From the NCBI RefSeq assembly GCF_001194135.2, contig NC_068987.1:98967657-99018024 (forward strand): 50,368 nucleotides of DNA. Direction: 5' to 3'. Positions 36,791-49,607 of this stretch are shown piece by piece. The notes below the pieces were generated by a model that ran no database searches, was not told the DNA's origin, and saw only the letters and a program-made list of their open reading frames with translations. The translations under genes and the position numbers were made by a program. The first letter of the stretch is position 1. Every line of letters begins with the position of its first letter. The DNA comes from Octopus bimaculoides (lineage: Eukaryota).

Positions 36791-38028
36791 GTGTAAGCAA
36801 TTTCAATAAACTACACAATTTTATTTTAAACAATGCATATTAATTTATAATGAAGTGAGGAAATTTGGAGTGAAAACCGAAATATTTGTATAAGTGTGAA
36901 ATCTATCAATGGAATAAATTTCTCAAGGGACTCAAAGCTGACAACAATTTAGGAAAATAATAAATCGTTTCGTATATAAACAAATATAATTTATTGTAAA
37001 GTGCTTTAGAGAAATTTTAATAATCAGTTTATATTTACAATCTGTCGGCAAAATATTTTGCAATTTCAGGATGTTAAATGAATGCCTGAAATATAACAGA
37101 TAATATATTTTATAAAATTCGAGATTCCAATTATTAAAAATTACTAGTTTATTATTAAAATTTAGGCATTGCGCTTTACTGAAGTGTATTAATATAATAC
37201 AAATTAATAGATATAATGTGGAATTAAATCTCCTTTATTATATCTGAAGTATTCACGATTTTTTTCTTTTAATTTTCCTGCTGACGCTGTGATTTAATCA
37301 CAAGTCACCTAGAAATAAACTTCCATTTCAACAGAATTTGAATCTGGCTAAAATCAATGTTCGTGTGAACTGTCTCTTCCGTTTCATTTCATGTGTGCAT
37401 TTGTTAAACTAACAATAACTACACTGGAAAACACAGAAGCACGCATAGCTGTATGGTTAAGAATGTCGCTCAGTACAGACGATCGATAGAATAAGTACCA
37501 AATTTAAATTAGAATATTAGTGAGATGATTGGATCAACTAACTACTTCAAGGAGTTGCCCTACTGTTACGGCAGCCCATAGAGTGAAATAAATAAAAGTT
37601 GAAAGATATAATAGTTCTGAAATTGACTTTGTGTTAGGGCGATCTCTGGCAATGTTCTCTACCTTCTATTTCACTAGCAAGACGATATGTTATTTGAACA
37701 TATTATACTGAACAAGTTATATTTTACCCTATTTTGTTGTTCATTCGATACATACACGATTATTGTAGGTTGAAGAAGCAGACATGATGCACTGGACAGG
37801 CACAAAATATCTAGCATGGAAGATTCAATTCAGTTCGCCTCCACACAGATATATGCTGATATCACTCACTAGGCAATTGTATAACTGTTTTAGAGATAAT
37901 ATTTTAGGTAATTGATTTCATATATTTATCGATACAGTATTTATATTTACCTCAGTACAAGAATCAATGTGAGACAATATATTACTTCAAATGGTTTCAC
38001 TTATTCCTCAATTCTGTTTGTAAAATCT

Positions 38029-38030
<2 letters not shown>

Positions 38031-38118
<88 letters not shown>

Positions 38119-38150
38119 ACAAACACACACACACACACACACACTCACAT
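38031..38150. repeat. (CA)n microsatellite
   Basis: Direct reading. Confidence 0.95.
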
Positions 38151-38502
38151 GTATATAAATAAATGCTTAGAAGTAATGTTTATCGCCACTTCAGCACAGT
38201 TGTTCTGTAGGGACCGAGGTTACTACCATTTTAGCCCCAAGAGGACGCCTCTTCCAGCTGGCTTTTCAATGCAATTTGTATTCGATTTACATTGTAAGTA
38301 GGGGAGCGGACCTCTACTACCCTCCTGAGTTCAAGAATATGGAGCTCATAAAAAAAATACCTGACTTGATATTTCCTCCAAATTCGACTACTCCTAAGCA
38401 CTTCGTACTACTTATATACGTTTACACCAAAATGCTCCTCAGAAGCATCGTTAGCAATAACGTCAAATATGCAGACTTCAAATCGAGAAACTAACAAAAA
38501 AA

Positions 38503-38975
38503 CGAGGCTGAGATAAGAAAAGTCCATAGGCTGACCCTGAAGGAGTAACACTAAAGCTTTGAAATTTTGCGTGCATTAATGTTAACTACACTTTTTACCA
38601 ACTCTATTGTTTCCTTTCCGTTCATCTAAAGCATGACTATCTAAAGACTTCAACAGTAACTAGTAGCGACTTTTAGTTGTAAGTGGAAAAAATTGGCATG
38701 TTGATGTTATCAATTACCTGTAAAAAGTATCTAGCCTAAGGACATTCATGCTGACACAGTGGATACATTAGGAGATGACGCTCAAGCTTTATCAACAGGG
38801 CAAAAGTGGACACCTTAATTTAAGAGTGGAAGGGAGAGTGTTGAATATGTCTTAAGGTCTGAACGTCCTGCAACTGCTATCACCGAGGAAAACATGAGAG
38901 TTCAGAATAATTCTGCACAATGAACTTGGTATGACGAAGGCTTCTGCTCGGTGGGTACCACGTTGCAATCCGAGT
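38503..38975 (+). mobile_element. Mariner element 5-prime fragment (TIR-like start, HTH, WVP motif)
   Basis: LGDDAQALSTGQKWTP*FKSGRESVEYVLRSERPATAITEEN and KASARWVPR. Confidence 0.8.
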
Positions 38976-39309
38976 ACAGGATATTCCTACGAAATATTTA
39001 ATCAACAAAAGATACTATAAAACCCTTTGCGCTACAGGATGCAAACGGAAATGTAGATATATTTCTGTGGAAGACGTCACACGTGATAAGCAGCTGCCCC
39101 AAAATGTCAGCAAGTTACTACCTCCCCATGCCACACGACGTAGTCACATAAACAATATACGATGCACTTCGGAAAAAAGACTGTCCTTGAATAAATATAT
39201 TGAATGAATGAATAAGCTTCAATATAAAGAAAATTGGTGGAACAGTTCCACCACATTATCTGTCAAGTTGAAACAACAAGCCGATGATATTTAGTAAAAC
39301 AGAAAAGTA

Positions 39310-39560
39310 ATGTTAACTTCCCGAGTCCTGTTTACTCATAAGAGCCGGTCTCCCGGTTTCTATGGAGTTTATGTTCCTCACCTGGATAGGGGACGTCGGT
39401 CCCTCGCAGGATCACTCATTTTTGCAAGCTGAGTGGAATGGAGTGACGTGCAAATAATGTTTTGCTTAAGAACATAACGTGTCGCCCGGTACAGGAATCG
39501 AGACCATCATTTTCTGATCATTAGTCTTACACTCTAGCCACTAAGCCACGTGCCTCCTCA
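39310..39560 (-). mobile_element. tRNA-derived SINE family D
   Basis: Minus-strand head ggaggcacgtggcttagtggctagagtgt...tctcgattcctgtaccggg; body gcaagctgagtggaatggag..aaataatgttttgcttaagaac. Confidence 0.75.
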
Positions 39561-42163
39561 ATGTTGTTGTTTGGGACATACAAGAAAATGTACGTACTGT
39601 AATAGAGGTCAGCTGTCCTATTCATGTGAATGTTTCTTTGAAAATCAAAGAAAAGAAAGATAACTATGGACAAATACATTTATACATAACGGGTGCCCTG
39701 TATTTTGTAATAAAATTCTTAAGTGACATTCAGTATAATCTCGGATTTTCAGAAAAAAGAAATGAAACAACAGATTCCAATATTATAAGTTCAATCTATA
39801 AGTGAAGCAGTGAGAATATGCCAGACTTTACTGAAGTTTAAGATATAGCATTGTTTTTCTTATCTACATTCCGGCTATGGACCTTTGTATCTTTGTTAGA
39901 AACCAGCGCCTTTCTCAGCGGAAGAATTTGAATAATAGAAAACGACACATACATATATGTATAAATGTATGAATATACACATTTATACATCCATATACAT
40001 ACTTATATATTTATGCACATGAAAGTGATTTTGTATTTTGAATGCTTCGTCCACCGGCCTTAGGTTTGTGGTGCGAGAAAATGGTCGATAAGATAATAAA
40101 TATCATGCTGAAAAGAAGTTCTGGCGCTTATATGGTCAACTAAAACCGTTCAAAGGGTTGTTTTAGCTTTGCCATTGCCTGATTACTAATATAAATAAAA
40201 GAAAACAGAATAAATCATTCAAGAAGACGCGGAAAAATATAAAAAACACGCCACGAATATATCAACCAACGATGACTCATGATTTAAAATTCAATACACA
40301 ACCATAGATCTATTTCCCTTCAATCATTTATCGAAATGTGTCTATTTTTTTCCTTTTTTAGTTTTAATCACTAATGAGTTTTTATTTCTAATTGAATTCC
40401 AATCATTTAACACGCCCTTGATTAATACTACTTTGTCTTCCAGAATACCATATAAAACACAGCAAAACAGTTGCCAATCCCACAAACGCAGCATCATAGA
40501 TCTTTATCGAAACCAATCATGATCGTAGCATACTAACATTAATAACTATTGAACATTTTTTTTTTATTTAAATGTTTTCTTTCCATTCATACAACGAAAT
40601 AAATTCTAAGAATTCAAAACTATTCATATATGTTTTTAAACTTTAACGTTCATCAAATCTGATTGGTCGACTGGAATGAAAATAATCATTCTAAAGCTAT
40701 AAAACCTACCCCAATGGAAACTAGAATTTTCTTTAATTGCTATTATATTTCACATTCCACTCGTTCTAAATGGACTTTTTGCACTCACCAGAACGTCATT
40801 TTTTAGAGCATCTGCTATTATGTTTGTGTTTCGGTTAATAAATATATAAATAAATAAATAACAAAAAGTGTAAGAGCTCACAATAACCGTAAACATTTGA
40901 GGGACATTATAGCAATCAAATGTTCTTTATTCTTAAATTTTAGTATATTTTTGAAAAATATGTTCCCAGTTTTTATAGCTTATTTGCTTCAACATTACTT
41001 TATCTACAAAAAAAAAATTGTGATATTTTTACAACTGCATTTGATTCAACTAATTAAAAGTGCCTCCCTCTACTTATTTTCATGTGCTTTTTATTGTACA
41101 TACAACGTGACATGAATTTAGCAGCTTTTGCTTTAAAATAACAATGACGGGGGTGTTCTTTTTAAATTTTATTTTCGCAATTCTCGATAGATAACATCGA
41201 TAGCAACAACAATAGTATTTTAAGAGTTTATTTTTACTGTTAGATATAGGGCAAAGCATGGGCGCAGAGTTGGTGTAGAGCTGAACAAACGGTAATTACG
41301 AACCTATATATACTGATTTCAAATCTCATGGTGGTGACATTATATTTCACAATCCGAATTGCGATTTATTAAGTGTCACGAATAGCGATGTACTTTAATA
41401 AATATGATATATACATGTTTACAACGGTACGAAATTAAGTCAAATCTTCCAGGATTAACGTATGACTGCTTCAATCAAATTAATTCAAAAAGAATTTATT
41501 CCTCTACAATATTGATACGATTTCATGACAATATATATATATATATATANNNNNNNNNNNNNNNNNNNNNNNNNNNNNNNNNNNNNNNNNNNNNNNNNNN
41601 NNNNNNNNNNNNNNNNNNNNNNNNNNNNNNNNNNNNNNNNNNNNNNNNNNNNNNNNNNNNNNNNNNNNNNNNNNNNNNNNNNNNNNNNNNNNNNNNNNNN
41701 NNNNNNNNNNNNNNNNNNNNNNNNNNNNNNNNNNNNNNNNNNNNNNNNNNNNNNNNNNNNNNNNNNNNNNNNNNNNNNNNNNNNNNNNNNNNNNNNNNNN
41801 NNNNNNNNNNNNNNNNNNNNNNNNNNNNNNNNNNNNNNNNNNNNNNNNNNNNNNNNNNNNNNNNNNNNNNNNNNNNNNNNNNNNNNNNNNNNNNNNNNNN
41901 NNNNNNNNNNNNNNNNNNNNNNNNNNNNNNNNNNNNNNNNNNNNNNNNNNNNNNNNNNNNNNNNNNNNNNNNNNNNNNNNNNNNNNNNNNNNNNNNNNNN
42001 NNNNNNNNNNNNNNNNNNNNNNNNNNNNNNNNNNNNNNNNNNNNNNNNNNNNNNNNNNNNNNNNNNNNNNNNNNNNNNNNNNNNNNNNNNNNNNNNNNNN
42101 NNNNNNNNNNNNNNNNNNNNNNNNNNNNNNNNNNNNNNNNNNNNNNNNNNNNNNNNNNNNNNN

Positions 42164-42200
<37 letters not shown>

Positions 42201-42208
42201 TAATTAAT

Positions 42209-42634
42209 GGTATCTAAGAGATAACACCATGCTAGAGATAACAGTCAAAACTTGACTCTAAAACCACTTCATATATTCATGCAGCACACGCTGAAAATAC
42301 AAATAGACAAATAAACTAGTAAATGATTATTTGATAATCACAGATGCGGATTTCTGACTCTGTACAAAGATATACTCTGTCTCATCAGTGGGATATGCTC
42401 AGATCGTAAATAATTACATACATATATATATACAACATACGAATACTTATATATACGCACGTATACATACATATATATGTACGTATATACACGACGAGTT
42501 TAATTGCCCGTCTATACCACCGCAGTGAATATAATGACGACGTAGATATATAAATTCTTAAATAAATAAAAGAAGATGGTTTTACAGTCAAGTTTTGACT
42601 GCTATCTCTAGCATGGTGGTATCTCTTAGAGACC
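42209..42634. repeat. 58-bp inverted repeats (42209-42266 and 42577-42634, 4 mismatches) enclosing a hammerhead motif
   Basis: ggtatctaagagataacaccatgctagagataacagtcaaaacttgactctaaaacca versus its reverse complement. Confidence 0.9.
42337..42394 (-). ncRNA. Slightly decayed type-I hammerhead ribozyme
   Basis: AUCCCA-CUGAUGA-GAC...GUC-a-GAAA-U-ccgc-AU-C-UGUGAU: stem I 5 of 6 pairs, AUC site, one extra A before GAAA. Confidence 0.6.
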
Positions 42635-42837
42635 CTTTATTATAATTTTCTGGCCACTTAATATAATTTTAAATTACGATCTTATTCTGATATATATATA
42701 TAACAAAACTCAAAGTAGATGACAGATTTTTGAAGGTCAAATTCCTTTCTAATTGGAATACAAAAAAATTAAAAAGAAGAAAATTCATTGAGATGTTAGG
42801 TTACAAACCAAAGTAAAGCTGTATTACAAAACCCAAA

Positions 42838-42921
42838 ACCTTACGATCGTTTCGAGAGGTGCGTTTGCATTTGGCGAGTTTTCCAGCCGGTACAAATAGT
42901 CGCATTTCTCTCATCAGAGGT
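42838..42921 (-). ncRNA. Type-I hammerhead ribozyme with complete core
   Basis: ACCU-CUGAUGA-GAGA-(aaUGCG...CGCAcc)-UCUC-GAAA-CGAUCGU-A-AGGU: all core nucleotides, 4-bp stems I and II, palindromic stem III ACGAUCGU, GUA cleavage triplet. Confidence 0.85.
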
Positions 42922-43038
42922 ACAAATAAATCGATGAAAATAGTTTAAAAAATTTAAAAATTGAGAAAGCTTAGAATATCTCCTACTTACATAACTTAAA
43001 GTCATATCTAGTAAGTAATGTTATATATTTTTTAAACG

Positions 43039-43081
<43 letters not shown>

Positions 43082-43082
43082 T

Positions 43083-43370
43083 GCGTAGGTGTGGCTGTGT
43101 GCTAAAAAGTGTGCTTCTCATCCCTATGATTCCGAGTTCAGTCCCACTGTGTGGCATCTTGTGCAAGGTTTTCTTACTCCAATCTCTGGTCGACCAAGTC
43201 TTGTGAAAGGATTTGGCTGAGAGAAAATTAAAGAAGTTCGTCGTGTGTGATTGCGGTGTGTGTGAGTCTGGGTGTGAATGGGTGGGTGTATGTGTATTTG
43301 TTTGTCCCTACCATAGCTTGACAAGCAGTGTTGGTTTCTTAACGTCCCCGTAAGTTAGTGATTCGCAAAA
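43083..43370 (+). mobile_element. SINE family B (older, diverged copy)
   Basis: ggtgtggctgtgtgct...gattccgagttcagtcccactgtgtggcatcttgtgcaagg...ggtcgaccaagtcttgtg. Confidence 0.8.
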
Positions 43371-45666
43371 GTTGGTGATTCACCCCGTAAGTTGGTGATT
43401 TGCAATTCTGACTATTCTATATTAATGATGATTTTGCAAATCCTGTTTTGAAACCCCGCCGAAGTAAATGTTGCCATTCATTCTCTCAGGCTCAAAATCA
43501 AAAACATCTCTTAAGAACTGAGATCAATGGTTAGCAGTTATTCCTACACATTGCTAATATTGACTGGCACTTCGAAATTTTAAGGGAAGTGTTAGAATAT
43601 TCCAGTGTCTCATCATATCTCGCATCATGGCAGAATATGCATTTACATCAAAGAAAGATTTACGCTTCCAGCGATGTTATGTGCGTATTCGGGTAATACT
43701 ACTTTTGCAGCAAAGCACACAGCAAGAGCCTTCTCCTCTTTCATCTACAACCACTTGACCGTTGTGCCTTGTCTTGTTTCATGGCTGACCTGAATGATAT
43801 GCATGCTCTTCTAATTTCTGTTGGGCGAACGCATACTGCTGGTCAAACTGTCCGATTACTGTCTACATATACAACGTGGATGACTGGGCATGCTGTGGAA
43901 AAGACGCTCAGCCATGCACTGAAACTACGACATCTCCAACATTTACTTGACCGTGAGCAGGTGACACATTTCTCCACAGTTCATCTCTTTGACAGGGTTG
44001 TGTAGAGGTAGGCATGGTGGCTTGTACAAAACTTGCCGCCATGCATTCCATCACTCTCATCAAGTCAATGGATTCCCCGCCATGTTGTTCGACAGAGGAG
44101 CATTGGTTGCAAGAGCAATGACATTCTTGTGGAAAAATCAACTGCCTAGTCTTTTCCGCGAGAACTTTCGGACGAGGTCATTTATACCATNNNNNNNNNN
44201 NNNNNNNNNNNNNNNNNNNNNNNNNNNNNNNNNNNNNNNNNNNNNNNNNNNNNNNNNNNNNNNNNNNNNNNNNNNNNNNNNNNNNNNNNNNNNNNNNNNN
44301 NNNNNNNNNNNNNNNNNNNNNNNNNNNNNNNNNNNNNNNNNNNNNNNNNNNNNNNNNNNNNNNNNNNNNNNNNNNNNNNNNNNNNNNNNNNNNNNNNNNN
44401 NNNNNNNNNNNNNNNNNNNNNNNNNNNNNNNNNNNNNNNNNNNNNNNNNNNNNNNNNNNNNNNNNNNNNNNNNNNNNNNNNNNNNNNNNNNNNNNNNNNN
44501 NNNNNNNNNNNNNNNNNNNNNNNNNNNNNNNNNNNNNNNNNNNNNNNNNNNNNNNNNNNNNNNNNNNNNNNNNNNNNNNNNNNNNNNNNNNNNNNNNNNN
44601 NNNNNNNNNNNNNNNNNNNNNNNNNNNNNNNNNNNNGTCTAGGGACACTTTTATCATCGATGTATTCAGTTCTTAACTTCGCTTCAATTCTCTAAAACTC
44701 TCTTAAAAACAGCAAAACAAATACCGAGAGAACTAACAAATCACTAACTGCAGCCACAACAAGAAATAGGAACGGCAAGCACCGACAAAAGTACATTATA
44801 AAGTCAGCAAAATCAACCCGAATTATACAAAACAAGAACGACATCACCATTAAAACGTCCCCTGTGAAAGGGTCTGACGGAGGGTGTTAATATTTATTTT
44901 GACGTCTCTCAAGATGATAATAACATAAGAAACATATAATGCAATTATGTTGAAGGTGAAAGTTTCTGACTCCTATCTTCCATAATGATTCATTGCAAAT
45001 CAAGACTAGAAAAATATTTGCATCTAAAAATTACCAACGTTCTACTATATTAGTCAATCAAGAGTATTTTCTATTGTTGTTACATTTTGGTTTCAATTTT
45101 ACCTCGTTCCATTACCGCCTTTAACTTCTCTCTGTTTTGTGCAAGCCCTTTACTCAATACTCTTCTTATATACCACTTTAACTCTTGTAACTCTGTCTTG
45201 TTTGTAATACTGTCACTTTCTGCCATTTTTACTGTCAATATTTCTCACTGGCTATACTGTGGAGCCGTGTCCTATATTATGTTTCTATCTCCTCCTTCTT
45301 CTACCCCTTTCTTTCATTGTTCTTCAATTCTCCTTTGTCTTCTATCAAACTCTTGACTATCTGTTAATATTTCTGTATGTAGTTAAAAACTGGAAACCAA
45401 GGAAACCGCTGACGTTTTTCGCCAGGGACAATTCGTCCCTAAGAGAAGTGATAAGAGAGGTCAGTAAGTTCAATCACAATAAGGTGTGAAGATACAAAAC
45501 TTTTTACATTTCCACTAAAAGTCCTACTGTGAAGTAGTTGAGTGTGTTCTAAATCTCTTGTCTACCTCTATATATATGTTATTTATTCTCTCTCTCTCTC
45601 TCTCTCTCCGCCTCTCTCTCTCCGCCTCTCTCTCTTTCTCTCTCCGCCTCTCTATCTCTCTCTCTA

Positions 45667-45703
<37 letters not shown>

Positions 45704-46324
45704 NNNNNNNNNNNNNNNNNNNNNNNNNNNNNNNNNNNNNNNNNNNNNNNNNNNNNNNNNNNNNNNNNNNNNNNNNNNNNNNNNNNNNNNNNNNNNNNNN
45801 NNNNNNNNNNNNNNNNNNNNNNNNNNNNNNNNNNNNNNNNNNNNNNNNNNNNNNNNNNNNNNNNNNNNNNNNNNNNNNNNNNNNNNNNNNNNNNNNNNNN
45901 NNNNNNNNNNNNNNNNNNNNNNNNNNNNNNNNNNNNNNNNNNNNNNNNNNNNNNNNNNNNNNNNNNNNNNNNNNNNNNNNNNNNNNNNNNNNNNNNNNNN
46001 NNNNNNNNNNNNNNNNNNNNNNNNNNNNNNNNNNNNNNNNNNNNNNNNNNNNNNNNNNNNNNNNNNNNNNNNNNNNNNNNNNNNNNNNNNNNNNNNNNNN
46101 NNNNNNNNNNNNNNNNNNNNNNNNNNNNNNNNNNNNNNNNNNNNNNNNNNNNNNNNNNNNNNNNNNNNNNNNNNNNNNNNNNNNNNNNNNNNNNNNGTTC
46201 TCTCCAGAATTTGAAAGTAGGATATAAAAACGCAGGAACGACAGCCATGCATTCTGCCTGGTGTGCTAATGATTCAGCCAGCTCACCGCATTTGCAATAA
46301 GGTTTGTATTGATAAGTTGCTTAG

Positions 46325-46515
46325 GCCGGGGAGGTGGCAGAAACGTTACGTCGCCGCGCAAAATGCTTAACGGTATTTCGTCCGTGTTTACGTTTTGATT
46401 TCAAATTACACAGAAGCTGATTTTCTTTTGATACTTTCGGATATATAAAATAAGTATTAGTTGAGCACTAGGTTGAAGTAACTTGCCGGAACTTGCCGGT
46501 TTGGTGCAAAAATTT
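46325..46515 (+). mobile_element. SINE family A, decayed
   Basis: ggtggcagaaacgttacgtcgccgcgcaaaatgcttaacggtatttcgtccg. Confidence 0.75.
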
Positions 46516-46519
46516 GCAA

Positions 46520-46915
46520 ACAGGGTCTGGTGAATATATTGTCGTCTAAATTACGCAAAAATGAAAATAACACCTAGATCTCATTAATACAAATATATTT
46601 ACCAAAATTATATTAAAAATATCTTGAAATACTAAAGAGAAAATTTATTCAATAGAATCACCACTGGCCTCAACCAGACGACTTCGGAATCTCCTGCAAC
46701 ACATCTGGACAGTATCCTTGCTTAAGTTGGTGAATACAGCTATAATCTTGCTTTCAGTTCATCTTTGATGTTACAAGGAATTTTACTGGTCTCTCGCTCA
46801 ACTGCGCTCCACACATAATAATCAAGGGGGTTGCAGTCTGGGGAGTTAGGTGTCCAGATGTTAGGTGTCACAAGAATGGGATGAATCCTGTCAAAAGGTT
46901 TCAAGTTTACCCCGA
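46520..46915 (-). mobile_element. Tc1/mariner-superfamily transposase 3-prime fragment
   Basis: TPNIWTPNSPDCNPLDYYVWSAVERETSKIPCNIKDELKARL contains the WPPxSPDxNPLD motif. Confidence 0.9.
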
Positions 46916-47094
46916 CAGTCACCCGTAATCTCATTGAACTGAAATCTGATATTGGACATTTCAGCCGCCACCAACGGTGATAAGGATATAAATGATGAAC
47001 CAATAATAAGAAATAATTCTCTCTTCACTCCCTACAAGGGAAATGACAAATATTTAGGCGTGTATATAGAAACGGTTTCAAAATTTCCCCTAAA

Positions 47095-47710
47095 TACCTA
47101 CAGATGTAAACAAAAGCTTCGTGAAGAGGAAAAGGAATCCTTACTAACACTGAAAAATGACAACACAATCATCCAAAAAGAAGCTGATAGTAATCATGGA
47201 GAAGGACTACTCTAAAGACAAAATATTGGAAATTTTAAGAAACCGACTCTACTACAAGGAAGAACTAAGACATCCAGAATAAATAATAATGAATAAAATC
47301 AGAACACTAACCAATGAATACCAATATTCCTTCACAGACAAAGAGAAAGATTATACATGCAACTCTGTAATCAAGGAGAGCAATTTCTGCGGATTGTCCG
47401 AAATCCACAAAAGCTCCGACATACAGTGCTATAAATAGGCAGAATAACCAATACATAAAAGTACCAAGGCTGACTTCAAACGAAGACCAATAGTTGCTGG
47501 AACTCAAGCATCAACCCAACAACTAAATCATTTATTAGATATACTCCTAAAACGTTTGTGCCCTTTAATACCCAGTTATATACGGGATGGCATAGATTTC
47601 ATCCAGCACATTGCACCTAATGTCCCACAATACTTACAAGATTTGATGTCACCAATCTTTATACCAATATACCTGATACTTTAGGCCTAGAAGTACTGGA
47701 AACATGATAG
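47095..47710 (+). mobile_element. Penelope-like element RT N-terminal/fingers fragment
   Basis: LKNDNTIIQKEAD; SNFCGLSEIHKS; RPIVAGTQASTQQLNHLLDILLKRLCPLIPSYIRDGIDFI; FDVTNLYTNIP. Confidence 0.9.
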
Positions 47711-48464
47711 TCATCTGTATAAATATTCAGGTATATATATAGCATTGGGATATTCTAGCTTCACGTATTTTTCTAACTCGTAAATATTGTTTGTCCATGC
47801 AAAACATGAAATTGAAAGACACCTTAAAGTAAAAAAAAAATACGCTACTACTGTTTTTTCTGCTCCAATATCTATAGCATGATCCTCATCTCCATAACAT
47901 TGGATTTTAATTTTCTAATTTGTAAATATTGTACTAAAGTTTTTTTCATGCTAAAGCATTAAATTAAAAGAAGCCTGACTTTATCATTCAATGCAAAACA
48001 TCGGAATTACACAGTGTAGACAGACATATTTCGAAACACATAACCTCATAGGCACACTTGAGCACGCACACATACACACATACACACATACATGCACGTA
48101 CACACACACACACACACACACCCGCACACACACNNNNNNNNNNNNNNNNNNNNNNNNNNNNNNNNNNNCACACACACACGTATATATTTAAAATTTAATA
48201 GAACCTTTTATCTTCCCTCTTGCACTTTAAGGAAAAATAAAAGGAAAAATGAAAACGGAAAAAAGAAAAAAAGAGAAAAGACTAAAATAATCTCAGAGAT
48301 GACCGCATCCCATCCTAGGAGAGTTCATCATCCTTGAATTCATTTCAATAGAATGGTAAATGACTAAATAGATAAATAGATAAATTAATGGAAGTCAAAA
48401 TTGAAGGGTGGTTTCTCCGCCCTCTCTCTACCTATCTAACTATCTATCAATCAGTCTGTCTGTC

Positions 48465-48499
48465 TTTCTGTCTGTCTCTCTATCTATCTCTCCCTCTCC

Positions 48500-48576
<77 letters not shown>

Positions 48577-48660
48577 CATCTGTCTATCTATCTACCCATC
48601 TATCTGTCTATCTACCTATCTACCTATCTCTTTGTCTATCTACCTACCTATCTATCTCCA
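48465..48660. repeat. (TATC)n microsatellite
   Basis: Direct reading. Confidence 0.95.
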
Positions 48661-49607
48661 ATGTCCTGGAANNNNNNNNNNNNNNNNNNNNNNNNNNNNN
48701 NNNNNNNNNNNNNNNNNNNNNNNNNNNNNNNNNNNNNNNNNNNNNNNNNNNNNNNNNNNNNNNNNNNNNNNNNNNNNNNNNNNNNNNNNNNNNNNNNNNN
48801 NNNNNNNNNNNNNNNNNNNNNNNNNNNNNNNNNNNNNNNNNNNNNNNNNNNNNNNNNNNNNNNNNNNNNNNNNNNNNNNNNNNNNNNNNNNNNNNNNNNN
48901 NNNNNNNNNNNNNNNNNNNNNNNNNNNNNNNNNNNNNNNNNNNNNNNNNNNNNNNNNNNNNNNNNNNNNNNNNNNNNNNNNNNNNNNNNNNNNNNNNNNN
49001 NNNNNNNNNNNNNNNNNNNNNNNNNNNNNNNNNNNNNNNNNNNNNNNNNNNNNNNNNNNNNNNNNNNNNNNNNNNNNNNNNNNNNNNNNNNNNNNNNNNN
49101 NNNNNNNNNNNNNNNNNNNNNNNNNNNNNNNNNNNNNNNNNNNNNNNNNNNNNNNNNNNNNNNNNNNNNNNNNNNNNNNNNNNNNNNNNNNNNNNNNNNN
49201 NNNNNNNNNNNNNNNNNNNNNNNNNNNNNNNNNNNNNNNNNNNNNNNNNNNNNNNNNNNNNNNNNNNNNNNNNNNNNNNNNNNNNNNNNNNNNNNNNNNN
49301 NNNNNNNNNNNNNNNNNNNNNNNNNNNNNNNNNNNNNNNNNNNNNNNNNNNNNNNNNNNNNNNNNNNNNNNNNNNNNNNNNNNNNNNNNNNNNNNNNNNN
49401 NNNNNNNNNNNNNNNNNNNNNNNNNNNNNNNNNNNNNNNNNNNNNNNNNNNNNNNNNNNNNNNNNNNNNNNNNNNNNNNNNNNNNNNNNNNNNNNNNNNN
49501 NNNNNNNNNNNNNNNNNNNNNNNNNNNNNNNNNNNNNNNNNNNNNNNNNNNNNNNNNNNNNNNNNNNNNNNNNNNNNNNNNNNNNNNNNNNNNNNTAATA
49601 ACAGAAC

